Assembly (NCBI RefSeq): GCF_009834535.1
Contig: NC_045697.1
Coordinates: 21,144,001-21,208,000 of the forward strand
Length of the DNA stretch: 64,000 nt
Direction of reading: 5' to 3'
DNA from: Camelus ferus
Lineage: Eukaryota
In this document: positions 27,391-39,815 of the stretch, piece by piece
How the letters are laid out: every line of letters starts with the position of its first letter
Position numbering within the stretch: the stretch's first letter is position 1
The notes under the pieces: model-generated
The model's input: only the letters and a program-made list of their open reading frames with translations
Database searches by the model: none
What the model was told of the DNA's origin: nothing
Made by a program: the position numbers and the translations under genes

Positions 27391-28147
27391 TCCAACTTAA
27401 CAAATTGCTGTACCATGACATTCTGACTCCATCTGGTCCCAAGTCTGTTATGTAATGTTTTACTCTACATTCCTATTGTTTTCTATGGTTCTTCTTATTC
27501 TGATTCCAAGTATGCCCAAGTGTGCATTTCCACTCCAATTGGAAATTCCAGATACTGAAATTCTGGCACCTCACTCTAGGAAAGATTTTGGGAAGTACAG
27601 TTTTATAACTGCATACACTGTTGTCATACCTGAAAATCTAAGTGCTGTGGTACTCACTAGAGTGCTCGCGTTTCCAAACAGAATCTCTCAGAGGAGGATT
27701 CCACAGACCAACAAGATAGACCAGGGCCGGGAGCCAATTCTGGGAGTCCAGCCAACAGTAGATATCCAAAAGAAGTCTGGACTGTGGCCACAGTCAAAAG
27801 AAGTAGGCAGAATACTCACATATTGCAAGTGGGCACGTTCTATTGTAAGCTTCCTTCCTGCACTGATTCTTGAGGGAATTGAGTCCTTTATGATCTGAAT
27901 GTCCTTTTCATTGAACACAAGTATAATTTCAAGTGTCAATGGCTGCTGCTTCTTCATCTTCAGAACGGTCTTTGCTGTTACCTCCTCCTCCTTCTTTTCC
28001 TCCTCCTCCTCTTCCTTCTGAGTATTGTATAGGTACTTATATGTATATATTCAAACACCAGTGCAATAAGGATTGTTTTACATATACATATTTCAGAGAC
28101 TTTTTTTTACCTTTCTAGAGATTATGTTCATCTCTTAAATGTGGCAG

Positions 28148-28201
28148 AAGAGAAACAGTATACTATCTTGATTCAAGAGAAACAGTATACTATCTTGATT
28201 C
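28148..28201 (+). repeat. Perfect 27-bp tandem duplication
   Basis: AAGAGAAACAGTATACTATCTTGATTC at 28148-28174 and again at 28175-28201. Confidence 0.95.
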
Positions 28202-28289
28202 ACATTTAAAGAACCAAGCCTATGTGATATATTAGACAAACGAATATGCAACTTAAATACTTTCTTTTGTTTTTTATAAAACTGTCATA

Positions 28290-29330
28290 GTTATGGAATG
28301 GCCACTAGGATAGATGCTAGCAATATAGCAGTAATCATATCCCAGCTTTCATGGAGTTTCAATACAAGAGAAAAGTAGATACGGAAGGGGCAAAGACGTT
28401 TCATAGTGGAAAAATCTCTATTCTTACAACCATACATAGAAATATCAAGATCTTTTGATGCAAGGAAGGCTGAGTAAGGTGAAACTAAACTTCTGAATAA
28501 AAGAATGTTGAATCGTTTAATCTGAAAAGCAAAGATTTACAGAAATTGAGCAAATTCATAAAGAAAGGAATTGCTAAGAAGAGAAAATAATACTGTGAGA
28601 CTCTTGAGATGGAAAGTGCTTGGCACATTCAAAGAGAAAGCTAATGTGATTGCGTAATAGAGAAGAACAAATCTGACCACATATTTGATCTGTTCCTTTG
28701 CCTCTAACCCTGTGCCCTGTTTCCTAGGCTTAGTCATGCTGGTTCTGCATCTTTTGTAAAAGAATGTTGCCTAGAGCCTGAAATATACAGGATACCCTAT
28801 TTTCAAGGCTTCGACCTTTACCGGTATAACACTTTCCCATTCATATAAAGATAAAATGTTGCAGACTAGGAACTAACATTTGTCTTATTGGAGGCTTGTT
28901 AGAACACCATGACCTGACCTGAGTGGACAGCTGCAAGAACAAAAGATTCCAACACCAAGAAGTTTTCAACAACAAACCACACCCCCTCCCCTTTTTAGTA
29001 TAAAAGGAACCTGAATTCAGAATTCAAAATGGTTCTCTAGGACATTACCCTGCCGTCTTCTTCATCTGCTGGCTTCTGAATAAAGTCATTATTCCTTGCC
29101 ACAACACCTCGTCTTCCAATTTATCATCCGGTCATGCGGTGAGCAGAATGAGTTTGGACTTGGTAACAATTAGAGCATAACAAGGAAGCAAGGAGAATTG
29201 GCTAAGAATGAAAAGCCTGAAGAGACCAGATTAGGATGGGTACCAGGAGCTGTTTAATTTTATAAACGTTAACTTAAGAGCACTAGGAAAATATTAAAGT
29301 CATCTAAGCAAGAAAGTGAAAAGATCAGTT
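28290..29330 (-). mobile_element. L2 fragment interrupted by the MER34-like LTR
   Basis: L2-like purine-rich text (CTTGGCACATTCAAAGAGAAAGCTAATGTG...) resumes after 29168 (AGAGCAT...AAGCAAGAAAGTGAAAAGATCAG). Confidence 0.5.
28653..29168 (+). mobile_element. ERV1 solo LTR, MER34-like
   Basis: GAACAAATCTGAC...GATCTGTT near the start; TATAAAA 28999-29005; AATAAA 29079-29084; ends GCGGTGAGCAGAATGAGTTTGGACTTGGTAACA; near-TSD ATTG/ATTA. Confidence 0.82.
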
Positions 29331-29739
29331 GTACACACACCCACACCCACATAAAACTAACCTCTCACACATATACCTAAGTCCCCAGTGAAATACTTGT
29401 AAAGCAGTCTAACAGCACATTGCTTTGGCTTTTGCATTGTCAAAAATTATCATTACAGGAGGTTCGTGATGATCAGAAACTCTGAATATAATATCCCAGA
29501 TGATCTTTGGGAAACGATGGTCTTTACATAAGAACTACTGATGGAAAGAAAATGAATGAACCAGCTGCTTATAGTGTGACTGTTGGGATGATTCTTTAGT
29601 ATTTTTCAGTATTATATTTTGGGCAAATATGAATTATGTGCAACGAAGTCTGGTGTTCTTTCCTTTTAAGTGTTAATGGTGACAGTCCTTTCCTTATACT
29701 TTGTTACAGGGCTGGGATATTTCACAAGTTCTCCCAGTG

Positions 29740-30005
29740 GACTGTGAATGGACATGAATCACTTCCCTGTGGAAGCAGTTAATTGCTGGTGTGAGATCCT
29801 CTACTTCTTCCCCCTGCCATACTAATGCTGTAGCAGAGAGGGTAGAACCATAGAAACAAAGCATCCTGTATCACTGAGTCACCCCTAGAGCACCTGACGT
29901 TACACCAGTCTCCACATGGATGCAAAATAAGCCTATTTGTCTTAAACCACTGAAATCTGAGAGTTTTATTTTACAGCTATTAGGATAGCTTAGCTTATCC
30001 TATCT
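29740..30005 (+). mobile_element. Old MaLR LTR 3' part (MLT1J/K-like)
   Basis: AAAATAAGCCTATTTGTCTTAAACCACTGAAATCTGAGAG...ACAGC...TAGCTTATCCTA. Confidence 0.55.
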
Positions 30006-32718
30006 ATTATTATTTTGGTTTTACATTTAATTTTAATTATTAGTAATACCAACTTTAGTTTATGGTTCATTTTTTTTAATTACCTTAATTTTCTTTGAGC
30101 ATCTAGTTGTCTATACTTATCCCATATTTCTGATTGTCAAATGACGTAAGAACTAGCCTGAATTTGTTTTAGCTCCTCTATTAAAACTGAGTTTTGTTTG
30201 AGGCGCTCCGCTGAAGAGATACTTCCACAATTTCACAGGAAAATCAACTTTTAAGTAGCTCTGAAACCATTTTCATCTGTGACTTAAAGTTAATAACTGG
30301 ATAATCAAGGAGAAAAAACATAATTCACATAAAAATGATAAATGAAATTTACGCTATTAAGCCATTGATAAACAGAAAGCAGGTAATAGTCAGGTTATAT
30401 AAACTACTTAAAGTAAAATAACTAATAATAATAATAATAATGTCTACCTTTTGTTTGTTTGTTTTGTTCCCTAGTAATATATAAGAGAAACTATTCATTC
30501 CAAATAGTCACTTTGAGTTTTTAAAAATATTCCTTTCCTTGGGCTTGTGTAAAATTTCACCCTTCTGGTGAAAATTATTCTTAATTCAATCATCTAATGC
30601 TCCAATTGTGCTTTCAAAGGTTATTTTAAATGGGTTCATTCTCCACTTGTCCGTACTCATTTTGTTAACACTCTTTACACTCCTTTGGAAATGTGTTAGT
30701 TTGTGTTGACATTTCCTTCTTCCCTGAAAACAGTCAGGCAGTCATTAAGTCATCAAGGTTCTTTTCTGAAAATGTGGGTTATATTGTTCCATGTTTTTAG
30801 TTCTCATGACCATACTGTGAGGGGCCATCTTAAGTTATTCCTGAAACTTGACCTAGATTTGTCACCTATGTAAGCCAAAACGCCTTCATGATCTCCAGGC
30901 TCTTGCCCATCTTCAGACTGCTGAATATCCATCTTTACAAAACTTTGCTTGGATTGTTATAACTGTCTTACCAATGGTCCATGCCAGCTCTCTCTCCTTC
31001 TCTCTTTTTTTTTTTTTTTAATCCTACTGAACAAAGTAAAAATGTATTTTTCTAACTTACAGGATTATCTATGGTCTCAAAATTTCAGTCTTTTCTTTTA
31101 AACTATTCTCCATTTCAACTGAAATGAAATATCTCTTTAAAAAAAAGTTTGTTTTCCACACTCATGGCATGGCTTACACAGTCATCTTCCATGTTTCTAT
31201 ACTTCAAGGTATGGTTTGTGAGTTAAGTCTTCCATGAAGCTCTACTCAAAATTTATAACAATTATGCCATTCTTTTCCATTGTAATCAACCGTTGAATAT
31301 CTTCTACTATACGCCCCTTGAAGGAAAATAATCTGATCTCTATATATTTGTTTCTCTCCTACTGCTGAATACAGTGATTTCATAACATCAAGGCTCAATG
31401 TCAATATGTTTGATAACATCTAAAAAAACTTGTATGATTTATTTATGATACAATGTTCCATATTTTATTTGCATGATTTGAAAAGCATAACATTTTATTG
31501 TCTATTTTATAAATAACAACAACTTAAAAAATGCCTACGTGAGGCTTCCTTAACTGTTTTAGAACTGAATCATATCTACTTCCCTGAAAGTCTCCCTCTT
31601 TAAGAATATATGCTTGCTGTGTGATCAGGACAAAATAATAATTAGCATTTGACAATTCTGCACTGAGACTTGGAGTCTCAAATATGCACTGAAGTAATTT
31701 ATAAGGCTTTTGATAAGGTGAACTGATGATTAGATGTAGGTTAAGTCCCAGCATAAACTTTCTCAAATTGTTCTACTAAATTCAAGGCACTGATTGAGAG
31801 AGGATTAAGTGGTGTTCAAGAACTACTTTATAATCTGTAGGGTAACACAAGGGCTATTTCATTTCTTTATCCTACTTTCAAAAGCTATTTTAAGCAAGAA
31901 GCAGCTCACATATCTATTTTATATTTTCTCCTTTGAGATTGTGTGACATTTAGGCATTGTAGGCACCTAAAGTAATCTTGTTATTTAAGACTAATTGGTT
32001 TTTACCAAAAATTAAATGAATAAGTAATTATCAGTTTGCATTATACTCAAAGACTGTTTATATTCTCAGAAAAAAAGATTTAACAATTATATAATTATTT
32101 TTTCTGATTAATCACAATATTTACTTTTAATGGATTACTGCAGAACAATGGGGCTCTCCAAGTCATCTTAATTATTGTAAAAATTAAGATTCATAGTCAC
32201 AGGATTATTCCCTAACTTTTATATTAGACATGACATAAAGCCCCTCAAAATCTGTGCTGGCTAACTTCTTCAAATGAATGTTCCACAGATCCTCTCTTAT
32301 CCCTTAAGGATGACTAAACACCCCTTTTCTCTGCATTCACTCTGTGTTACTTCTGTGTGCCTTGTCATGTCTTCAAATGCTTGCATGTACTTTGTCCTCT
32401 GTTTGCTCTACCTGGAAGGCTTTTTATTTGGGAAATTTCTCTTTGAGGTGTTGCCTAAATTCAAATTTTTTTAAGAAAAGAAGAACATATAGAACTTACA
32501 TTATACATCTTTGACAATCCAGAATATGATATTTTGCCAAGAAACATAAAAAGCATTTAATAAATACTTGTTGGTTGAACTGATTGGGAGGAAAGGGACT
32601 CCTTCTGCTAAAAATTGTCTAAAAGTTTAAAAGTTATAACAAGACGTAAAGGTTACTATCATGAGTACAACTGGGAAGGGCTCAGAATATTTTTTTTCAG
32701 TGTGTCCTACTTCTTTGT

Positions 32719-32752
<34 letters not shown>

Positions 32753-33683
32753 AAAGCTAAATATATATATATGTATATATATATAGCTTCTACTTTGAGG
32801 TAGAAAGGCAGCAGCACACCTGTTAATTTCCAACTTTACAGTGCTCCTTTGATGAATTTTAGAGAATTTAATGTTCAAATAGTGAATTAATGATCTAAAT
32901 TTAAATGAAGCAAAATTACTACATGTGGGATATGTGTTAGCCAACCAAGTTATCTTACATGAATTATATTTAATTTTTTCTTTAATTTCTAGAGCAATAG
33001 ATAACATGCTAACTCTGGAGTCTAAATGTTTATATTTTAACGTTATCATCTGCCTTGGGTGTTTCCTTTGGCTTTACTCTTTTGTATAAGGGATATAATT
33101 TGCTTTCTACAGGAAGTCTGGAGTATGAAGTGATGATGATTTGACACATAGAAGAGATGTTTCCTTTTTTTTTTTTTTTGAATTTCATATGTAGTAACTT
33201 TTCCTACCCTTTCTTTCTATCTACATGTGTCCTTTTTTCCCCTTTATTATTATTTTTTTTTATTGAGGAACAACTTACACTTGATAACACACACAAATCT
33301 TAACTGCACAGCCCAAAGAATTTTACATATGCAAACTTGTGTCCTTTTGAAGGCATTTTAAAGTAAGTAAAATATTAAGTAGTACATATATGATAAATCT
33401 TTTCTGTGAGGTCTTTTCTGAACTAGATTGTCCTCTCTAATTCTCTGTGATTCATTGCTGAACTTTTGGGGCTTGTGTTAAGTATAATTGGTTTACACAT
33501 CCATCAGCATAGTGCCTGATGCATGACAAACATTGACTAAATGTAAATATTAAGAAAATGAATGAATGAGTGAATAAACTAAATATCAGTTTAAGCAAAG
33601 AGGTAAGAGGAAATCACCTCAAATATAGCTGAGGAATTAGAAATAAGCAAAGTATTTACCGTGCATTCAGAAAGTTTGACTAC

Positions 33684-34520
33684 TGTATCAATCAGGGTCC
33701 AATAAGGAAATAGAAATCTCATGGTAATTTGCATAGAGAAAGTTTAATATAAAAGACTTTCATTGTTAAAGAGAGTAAAATGTATTGGCCAGTAAGAAGT
33801 GAAGAGAAATCTAACGTATATAGGCATAGCATATAGAAAGCCACCAATGCCAGAGCTGAGATAGAGTTCCCAAGGAGGACTGTACATCTCTGACTCACTG
33901 AGTGGCAGAGGATTCACTGTGGTGTTGCACTGGTGGCACTGGCTGGTAATGTATTCTCTAGATGCTGGGAAGAACTGTTCTTGGGGAGATGTCTTATCAG
34001 AGGCATTTAGCTAGGAGACCACTGGAGCGGGAGTCTATGGGAAGCTAAGGCACCTGGATACAGGTACCTGCCATGTGCTGCAGTAGTCTGACACTAGAGA
34101 GGCTGTGTGCACTACAGAAGCTAGGTCGTGGCCATGTCTCCTACATGAACGAGCCTGGCACTGGGGAAACCAAGACGCTATAGCAGGCTGCCTCTCAGGA
34201 GCCACCTGTGCTACAGAAAGAAGCCTGGAACTAAAGAACCTGCCTATATTTCAGAAACCTAGCCCCAGAAAAGCTGCCCACACTGCGGGAACCAGACACT
34301 GGAGAAGCCATGTGACTGGAGAAGCTGATGGCAAGGAGCACACAGACAAGGGAATAAAACCCTTCCGCTTGCAATGTCTCCCTAGAGCTTGCTCCTGACA
34401 AAGATGGACGTAGTTCCAGTTAGCAAAAAACAAATATTAATAGGGTCCAGCTCCATTTTCACAGCACAGGCAATGAAGTTCAAGTTTGGAGCTGAGAGGC
34501 AATAATTTAATAACTGGCAT
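33684..34520 (-). mobile_element. ERVL solo LTR, LTR41/LTR33-like
   Basis: TGTATCAATCAGGGTCCAATAAGGAAATAGAAA at one end; GGGTCCAGCTCCATTTTCACAG...TTTGGAGCTGAGAGGCAATAATTTAATAACTGGCA at the other; ~840 bp. Confidence 0.78.
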
Positions 34521-37500
34521 TCTCTGTGAATGAAGTGGGGAGGAACAGCAAGAAAGTTGAAGAGAATGCATTCAATAACTAGAGAAGTTATTTGCTTTAT
34601 AGGAATCAAAATGCTTAAGAAAAAAAAAGAAATGAGATAAGAAAGAAAGTTACATGGCATGAGATGGAAAAATAAATGACAATGAAATCATAAATACAAG
34701 AGCAGATGAACATATCAGGAACAAAATATTAAAAGGTATATGCATTTATCTTTTGTTTTTAATATAATTATAAAGTAATTTTCCTGCTAAGAGGATTGCC
34801 TTTCCATATTTCTGTCCCTATATGTATATATTCTTCCTAAAACACTGTTATTGAAATACAAGTTTTAGAGTAATTTCAGATTTTAAATTGGAAACATGTA
34901 GAGGAGGCATACCACTACACCAATATAGACTTCTAAGAAATCATAGTATTTAAAATTCTAAATATATTTATAAAATTCTTATTTACCAGATAAAGTTCAC
35001 AGCTTTAGAAATGTCCAACATTAATTAGGTTTTATTATTCCTAAATAGTATAGTCAACACACTAATATAATAATAATGGTTAAATAATCAGGACTATTTG
35101 ATCTGAAATATTATGACTCACTCCTCTGAAATATGTGAAAAGCTATGCATTATAAAAATAATTTTTCTTTATCATGGCAAATATCACAAATGTATTTTAA
35201 GAGGATTTATATATTATTGAATTATACTCAGTATATATTCACTGACAAAGCAAAATTACAGAACCCATAACTTGGCAGGAAATTCTCCTCTAAGAATTTA
35301 ACATATAGGGTTTTAAAAATTATTAGAATTTCTCTACAACCACGTTTAAGATATGCCTTAAAGAGGTGACTAATTCTTGACATCTCTCATTAATGCAGTC
35401 TACAGCTCCACAGAATGGATACTTTTTTTATTTTTTAGTGGGAAATGCTAGCAAGTCTAATTTTAATCTCATTGATTTATTTTTTCATTTTGTGATTTTT
35501 TTTTTCTTCTCCCCATACAGATTACTTCCAATTAGATCCCAGTCAAAAGGAGATTGCATCAAGGGCAACTGCATGAAAAAAATCAAATAAGCATTTTAAT
35601 GACATAACATTTGAAATTTATGCTATGCAAGTTAAATTTTTTTAATTGAAAAGAAAATATATCTATAGGTATATTTATACATTACTAGTGTTTAAAACAT
35701 ATCATAGAGATAATATTTATAGAAATTTACCTAATAAATTAATAATAGTAATGATTATTTTTATTGTTATCCAACAAATGTAGAGTATGTTGTTTGGGAA
35801 TAAAATAATCCATTGACCACTGTCACGCCCTTGAAATAATTCACAAGAAACTAATAATTTAGTAAAAACGTAAAACAACTATGTTGCTTGAATCTTTTAT
35901 AAATGCTTATATTAAATGAGTATTTTTAAAAATAAAGTAAAATAACATAGAGAAGTAATAGTAAAGCTAAAGCAGTTACATTTTGGTTTCTGTATTATAT
36001 TGTTTAGGTAGATTGACAAATTAAATAAAATGTGATGTTTGATATGGCCCCCTAGGAAGGATATGAACTAGAACATTACTGAAAGTGATAGGATGGTGTC
36101 TCTTGGAGTCACAGTCACCGCTGGCTTCAGAAACATAATTTTGTTGAAGAGGAAGATTGCTGTTTTTATCCTTACTTGACAAGAAAATGTGAGCAATGAT
36201 TTTGTCACAAATATAAATCGGGCTGCCCCGATTACAAACACACGCTCATTTTCTGTTTCTGGCAAAAACTAATGCAGCCCATTATTGAAATGTATTATTT
36301 GCAATTTACCAATGTAAGGATCCTGTGATTATTTGCCTTCTGCAGTCATTTTGCATTTTATTCTTTTAGGGCTCTTTCTGATCATGTCTTTAGATTTATG
36401 GTAAAGTATTCATCAATCAAATTGGCATTGCTTTTAGTCACATTTAGGGGGGAAAATGGTTGAATTTAATCAATGAATGCACATGTTTTACTCCTGTAAC
36501 CGTAGTCCCCACTGCAGTTTTAATAGCTTACTTCAGACATTTTCAGAAGATAATCATTATTTATATAAATGCATTTGAATGCTGTTGCCTTTTAGCACTT
36601 GAAATGAAAAGAAGGATGCACAAGGATCTTCCAGAAGTTTGGCATGCCAGCACTGGTACAGCTGCTACTTAGAGCTGTCCTCAAATAGTGGACTACTTGA
36701 CTTTTGCTGCCAATTGGATTTGCTTAACTGTTATTCCGCTTTAGCCAAAGGCACAGAATGTAGAAAATCTATATCTAAGAGCTTTGGCAGAAGCTTAGCT
36801 ATTTATCATTTGTGTGAGGCTCAAGTAAGCCAGGTGTAGTGTTTATTTTAATGAAGCCAATACAGAAAAGGGAGTGCAGGATAGCAACATAAAGCATCAT
36901 TCACTTACTTTACCCCTTGTTTGCAGTTGCTAGAATTTGTAATTTCCTAGCCCATAAAATGGTCTGAGCTTTAATTCATTGTCATAAATACTCAGAAGAA
37001 TTCCCTTCTAATTAGGCATCACTTACACTATATTGTTTTTTTGTTTGTTTGTTTAATATAAAGCTTCCTTTAAGGAAAAAAAGGCCACATTTTCTGATCC
37101 ACACAGTGCACAAAACTGCAAGATCAAACAGTATATATTTTATTCTGAAGAAAAAAGATAATAGAAGTTAAGATGCAGTCTAAACAGACTGTGTATTTTG
37201 ACTGTGGAATCAGAATAAATATGGCAGTGATCTGGAAGGTAATTTCAAAGTGACAAGTAATAATGCTGATTAAAATAAAGATGATCAGACGGACTTTCAT
37301 GTTACTGTAAGAATTCTTGAGCTTTTTTATGTGATGCAGTAAAATTACTGACAAACAATTTGATCCTTTTTCATCTTGATTTTAAGATTTTTTTTGTTTG
37401 AGGTACCACCAGTACTCTATCTGGAGTTAATTAATCCTTACTACTTAAGTAAGACCTTCCTAAGTGTGCTACCAAGGCCCCAAAGATCGACGCTTTCTGC

Positions 37501-38141
37501 CCTGGTTGGAGAGACTACGCACTGTACTCCACACACTTCACCTGTGAAGGCAGAACACTGTTCAACCTAGCCCTTTCAAGTGTGTGTTTCCTTGAATCAA
37601 TATTTCTTCATACGCTTGCACTTAACAAGTTCTCATCTGAACACTGAATAGCTGTAGCACATCTCTGAATTCCTCCCTGTGCTACTCACTCCTCACTGGT
37701 AATTTGTCCCTCAAAGCTTAACTTCTTTTTTTCCCCCTTGGAATGACAACTCAATCCCCCCAACAAGGGAGTCTAATGGGGCTCCCCTCAGTTCACCTTT
37801 CTAAACTATGGCCATAAATTATCGTAAGACACTAAACTTGGGCAAGAATAAAACTCACATTTTCCTTACTTCTAGTGATTATGATTTTTTTTGTTTTCTA
37901 AAATTCAGTATTTTGAAATTTGTTTTCCAATTATCCCATCAAACTGTTGATCACTTTCAGTGTGAGGACAAATCCAGTCCCCACTATTACCACTCCATCT
38001 TGCCCTGAGAAATTTAGCCAATTTGGCTTCCAGACATTCTCCTGAGTCTCCTGAATTGAGGAAGGCCACCAGGCTCTGATTGTTTCCCCCATGTTATGTG
38101 CCTGTAAACCATTATCATGAAGTTATCTGGAGCAATATAGG

Positions 38142-39600
38142 TGCATTCACCAGGATTGGCCAGAGATAGAAATTTACTTTAAAGAATTGGCTTCTGCACT
38201 GTGGAGGCTTTGGTAAATGCAAATCCTTCAAGGTAGGTTAGCAGGCTGGAGACTCAGAAAAGGATTGCAGCTTGTGTCTAGACAGCCTATAAACCAAACA
38301 AAAAGACAACCTACAGACAGGGAAAAAATATTTGCAAATGATGCAACAGACAGGGGCTTAATTTCCAGAATATATAAACATCATATACAACTTAATAACA
38401 AACAACAAACAACCCAATCCAAAAATGGGCTTAAGACCTAAACAAGCATTTCTGCAATGAAGACATACAAATGATCAGTAGGCACATGAAAAAAATGCCC
38501 AATATCACTAATTATCAGAGAAATGCAAAACAAAACTACAATGAGGTATCACCTCATACCAGTCAGAATGGCCATCAATAAAAAGTGCACAGACGATAAA
38601 TGCTGGAGAGGGTGTGGAGAAAAAGGAACTTCTTACACTGTTAGTGAGAATTTAGTTTGGTGCAGCTGCTATGGAAAATAGTATGGAGATTTAAAAAAAA
38701 CAAAACTAAACTAAAAATAGGTTTACTCTATAATCCAGCAATCCCACTTCCACTTCAGGGCATATAACGGGAGGAAGCTCTAATTCAAAAAGATACATAC
38801 ACTCCAGTGTTCATAGCAGCACTATTAACAATAAGTTGTGGTATATGTACACACATACACACACAAACACACACACACACACACACACACACCAATGGAA
38901 TACTATTCAGCCATAAAAAATAATAAAATAATGCCATTTGCAGCAACATGGATGGACTTAGAGATTGTCATTCTAAGTGAATTAAGCCAGAAAGAGAAAG
39001 AAAAATACTTTATGATATAATTTATATGTGGAATCTAAAAAATAATGACACAAATAAACTTATTTACAAAACAGAAACAGACACACAAACATAGAATTAT
39101 GGTTACCAGAGAGGGGAGGGGGTGAAAAGGGATAAATTGGGAGTTCGAGATTTGCAGGTACTAACTACTATGTATAAAACATATAAAGAAGTTTCTACTG
39201 TACAGCACAGAGAACTATATTCAATATCTTGTAGTAACCTATAATGAAAAAGACTATGAAAAGGAATATAGGTTTGTACATGTATGACCGAAACATTAGG
39301 CTGTACATGAGAAATTGACACATTGTAAACTGACTATATTTCAATAAAAAATAAAATTTAAAAAAAGTTTGCTGGCATAATTTCTTGTTCAAGGAAGGTC
39401 AGTCTGTGTCTACTAAGGCCCTTAACTGATTGCATGAGGCCCACCCATATTACAGAGGGTAACCACTTTTACTCAATGTCCACAAATTTAAACTTCAATT
39501 TCATTCAAAAGTACCTTAATGGAGACTTCTAGAATAATGTTGGGCCAAATATCTGCAAATAATGGCCCAGCCAAGTTGGCACATAAAATAAATCATCACA
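38142..39600 (-). mobile_element. MLT2C/D-like ERVL solo LTR, split by an L1 (pieces 38142-~38288 and ~39366-39600)
   Basis: GCAGGCTGGAGACTCAG... then TGCTGGCA...GGTCAGTCT...GAGGCCCACCCATATT...GCCAAGTTGGCACATAAAATAAATCATCACA; near-TSD ATAGG/GTAGG. Confidence 0.85.
38289..39365 (+). mobile_element. 5'-truncated camelid/artiodactyl L1 (ORF2 C-terminus + 3' UTR + A-rich tail)
   Basis: ORF track gives the L1 ORF2 peptides KRQPTDREKIFANDATDRGLISRIYK and MEYYSAIK..IMPFAATWMDLE.VILSE.SQKEK. The 3' UTR reads GGGATAAATTGGGAGTTCGAGATTTGCAG...GTAAACTGACTAT. Internal (CA)n at ~38849-38892. Confidence 0.93.
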
Positions 39601-39676
39601 GTAGGGTTCGTGTGGTTTGCTTTCCAACTCTCAGGGGTCGTTGTCTTTTGATAACCACTTTAAAATAGATTTTGTA

Positions 39677-39815
39677 CACAGGGAGTATAGCCAATATTTT
39701 ATAACTTTAGATGGAGTAGAATCTATAAAAATAAAAAAAATAATAAAAGGATCACTATGTTGTACATCTGAAAGTAATATAATATTGTAAATCGATTACA
39801 CTTTAACTAAAAGAT
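39677..39815 (+). mobile_element. Short L1 3'-end fragment (L1MA9/artiodactyl-type)
   Basis: CACAGGGAGTATAGCCAATATTTTATAAC...ATCACTATGTTGTACATCTGAAAGTAATATAATATTGTAAATC. Confidence 0.75.

Larger units (their letters stand above)
38025..39655 (-). mobile_element. Old L1M 5'-region fragment, outer host of nested insertions (pieces ~38025-38141 and 39601-39655)
   Basis: ...GTTATCTGGAGCAATATAGG | GTAGGGTTCGTGTGGTTTGCTTTCCAACTCTCAGGGGTCGTTGTC rejoins to an old antisense L1 5' motif (GGGGCAATC.TAGGGCTCACCTC...TCTCAGGGATCACTGTCC-like). Confidence 0.5.

Noticed and set aside
27455..27957. Overlapping 147-aa (+) and 89-aa (-) ORFs, possible pseudogene
   Set aside because: No protein family recognised on either strand; may be an unrecognised old LTR.
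28148..28201. Direct repeats of CRISPR-like length (27 bp)
   Set aside because: Only two adjacent copies, no spacer, no cas genes, and mammalian context.
32719..32786. Palindromic-looking TA-rich block (similar one at ~60335-60392)
   Set aside because: Self-complementarity is a trivial property of interrupted (TA)n repeats.
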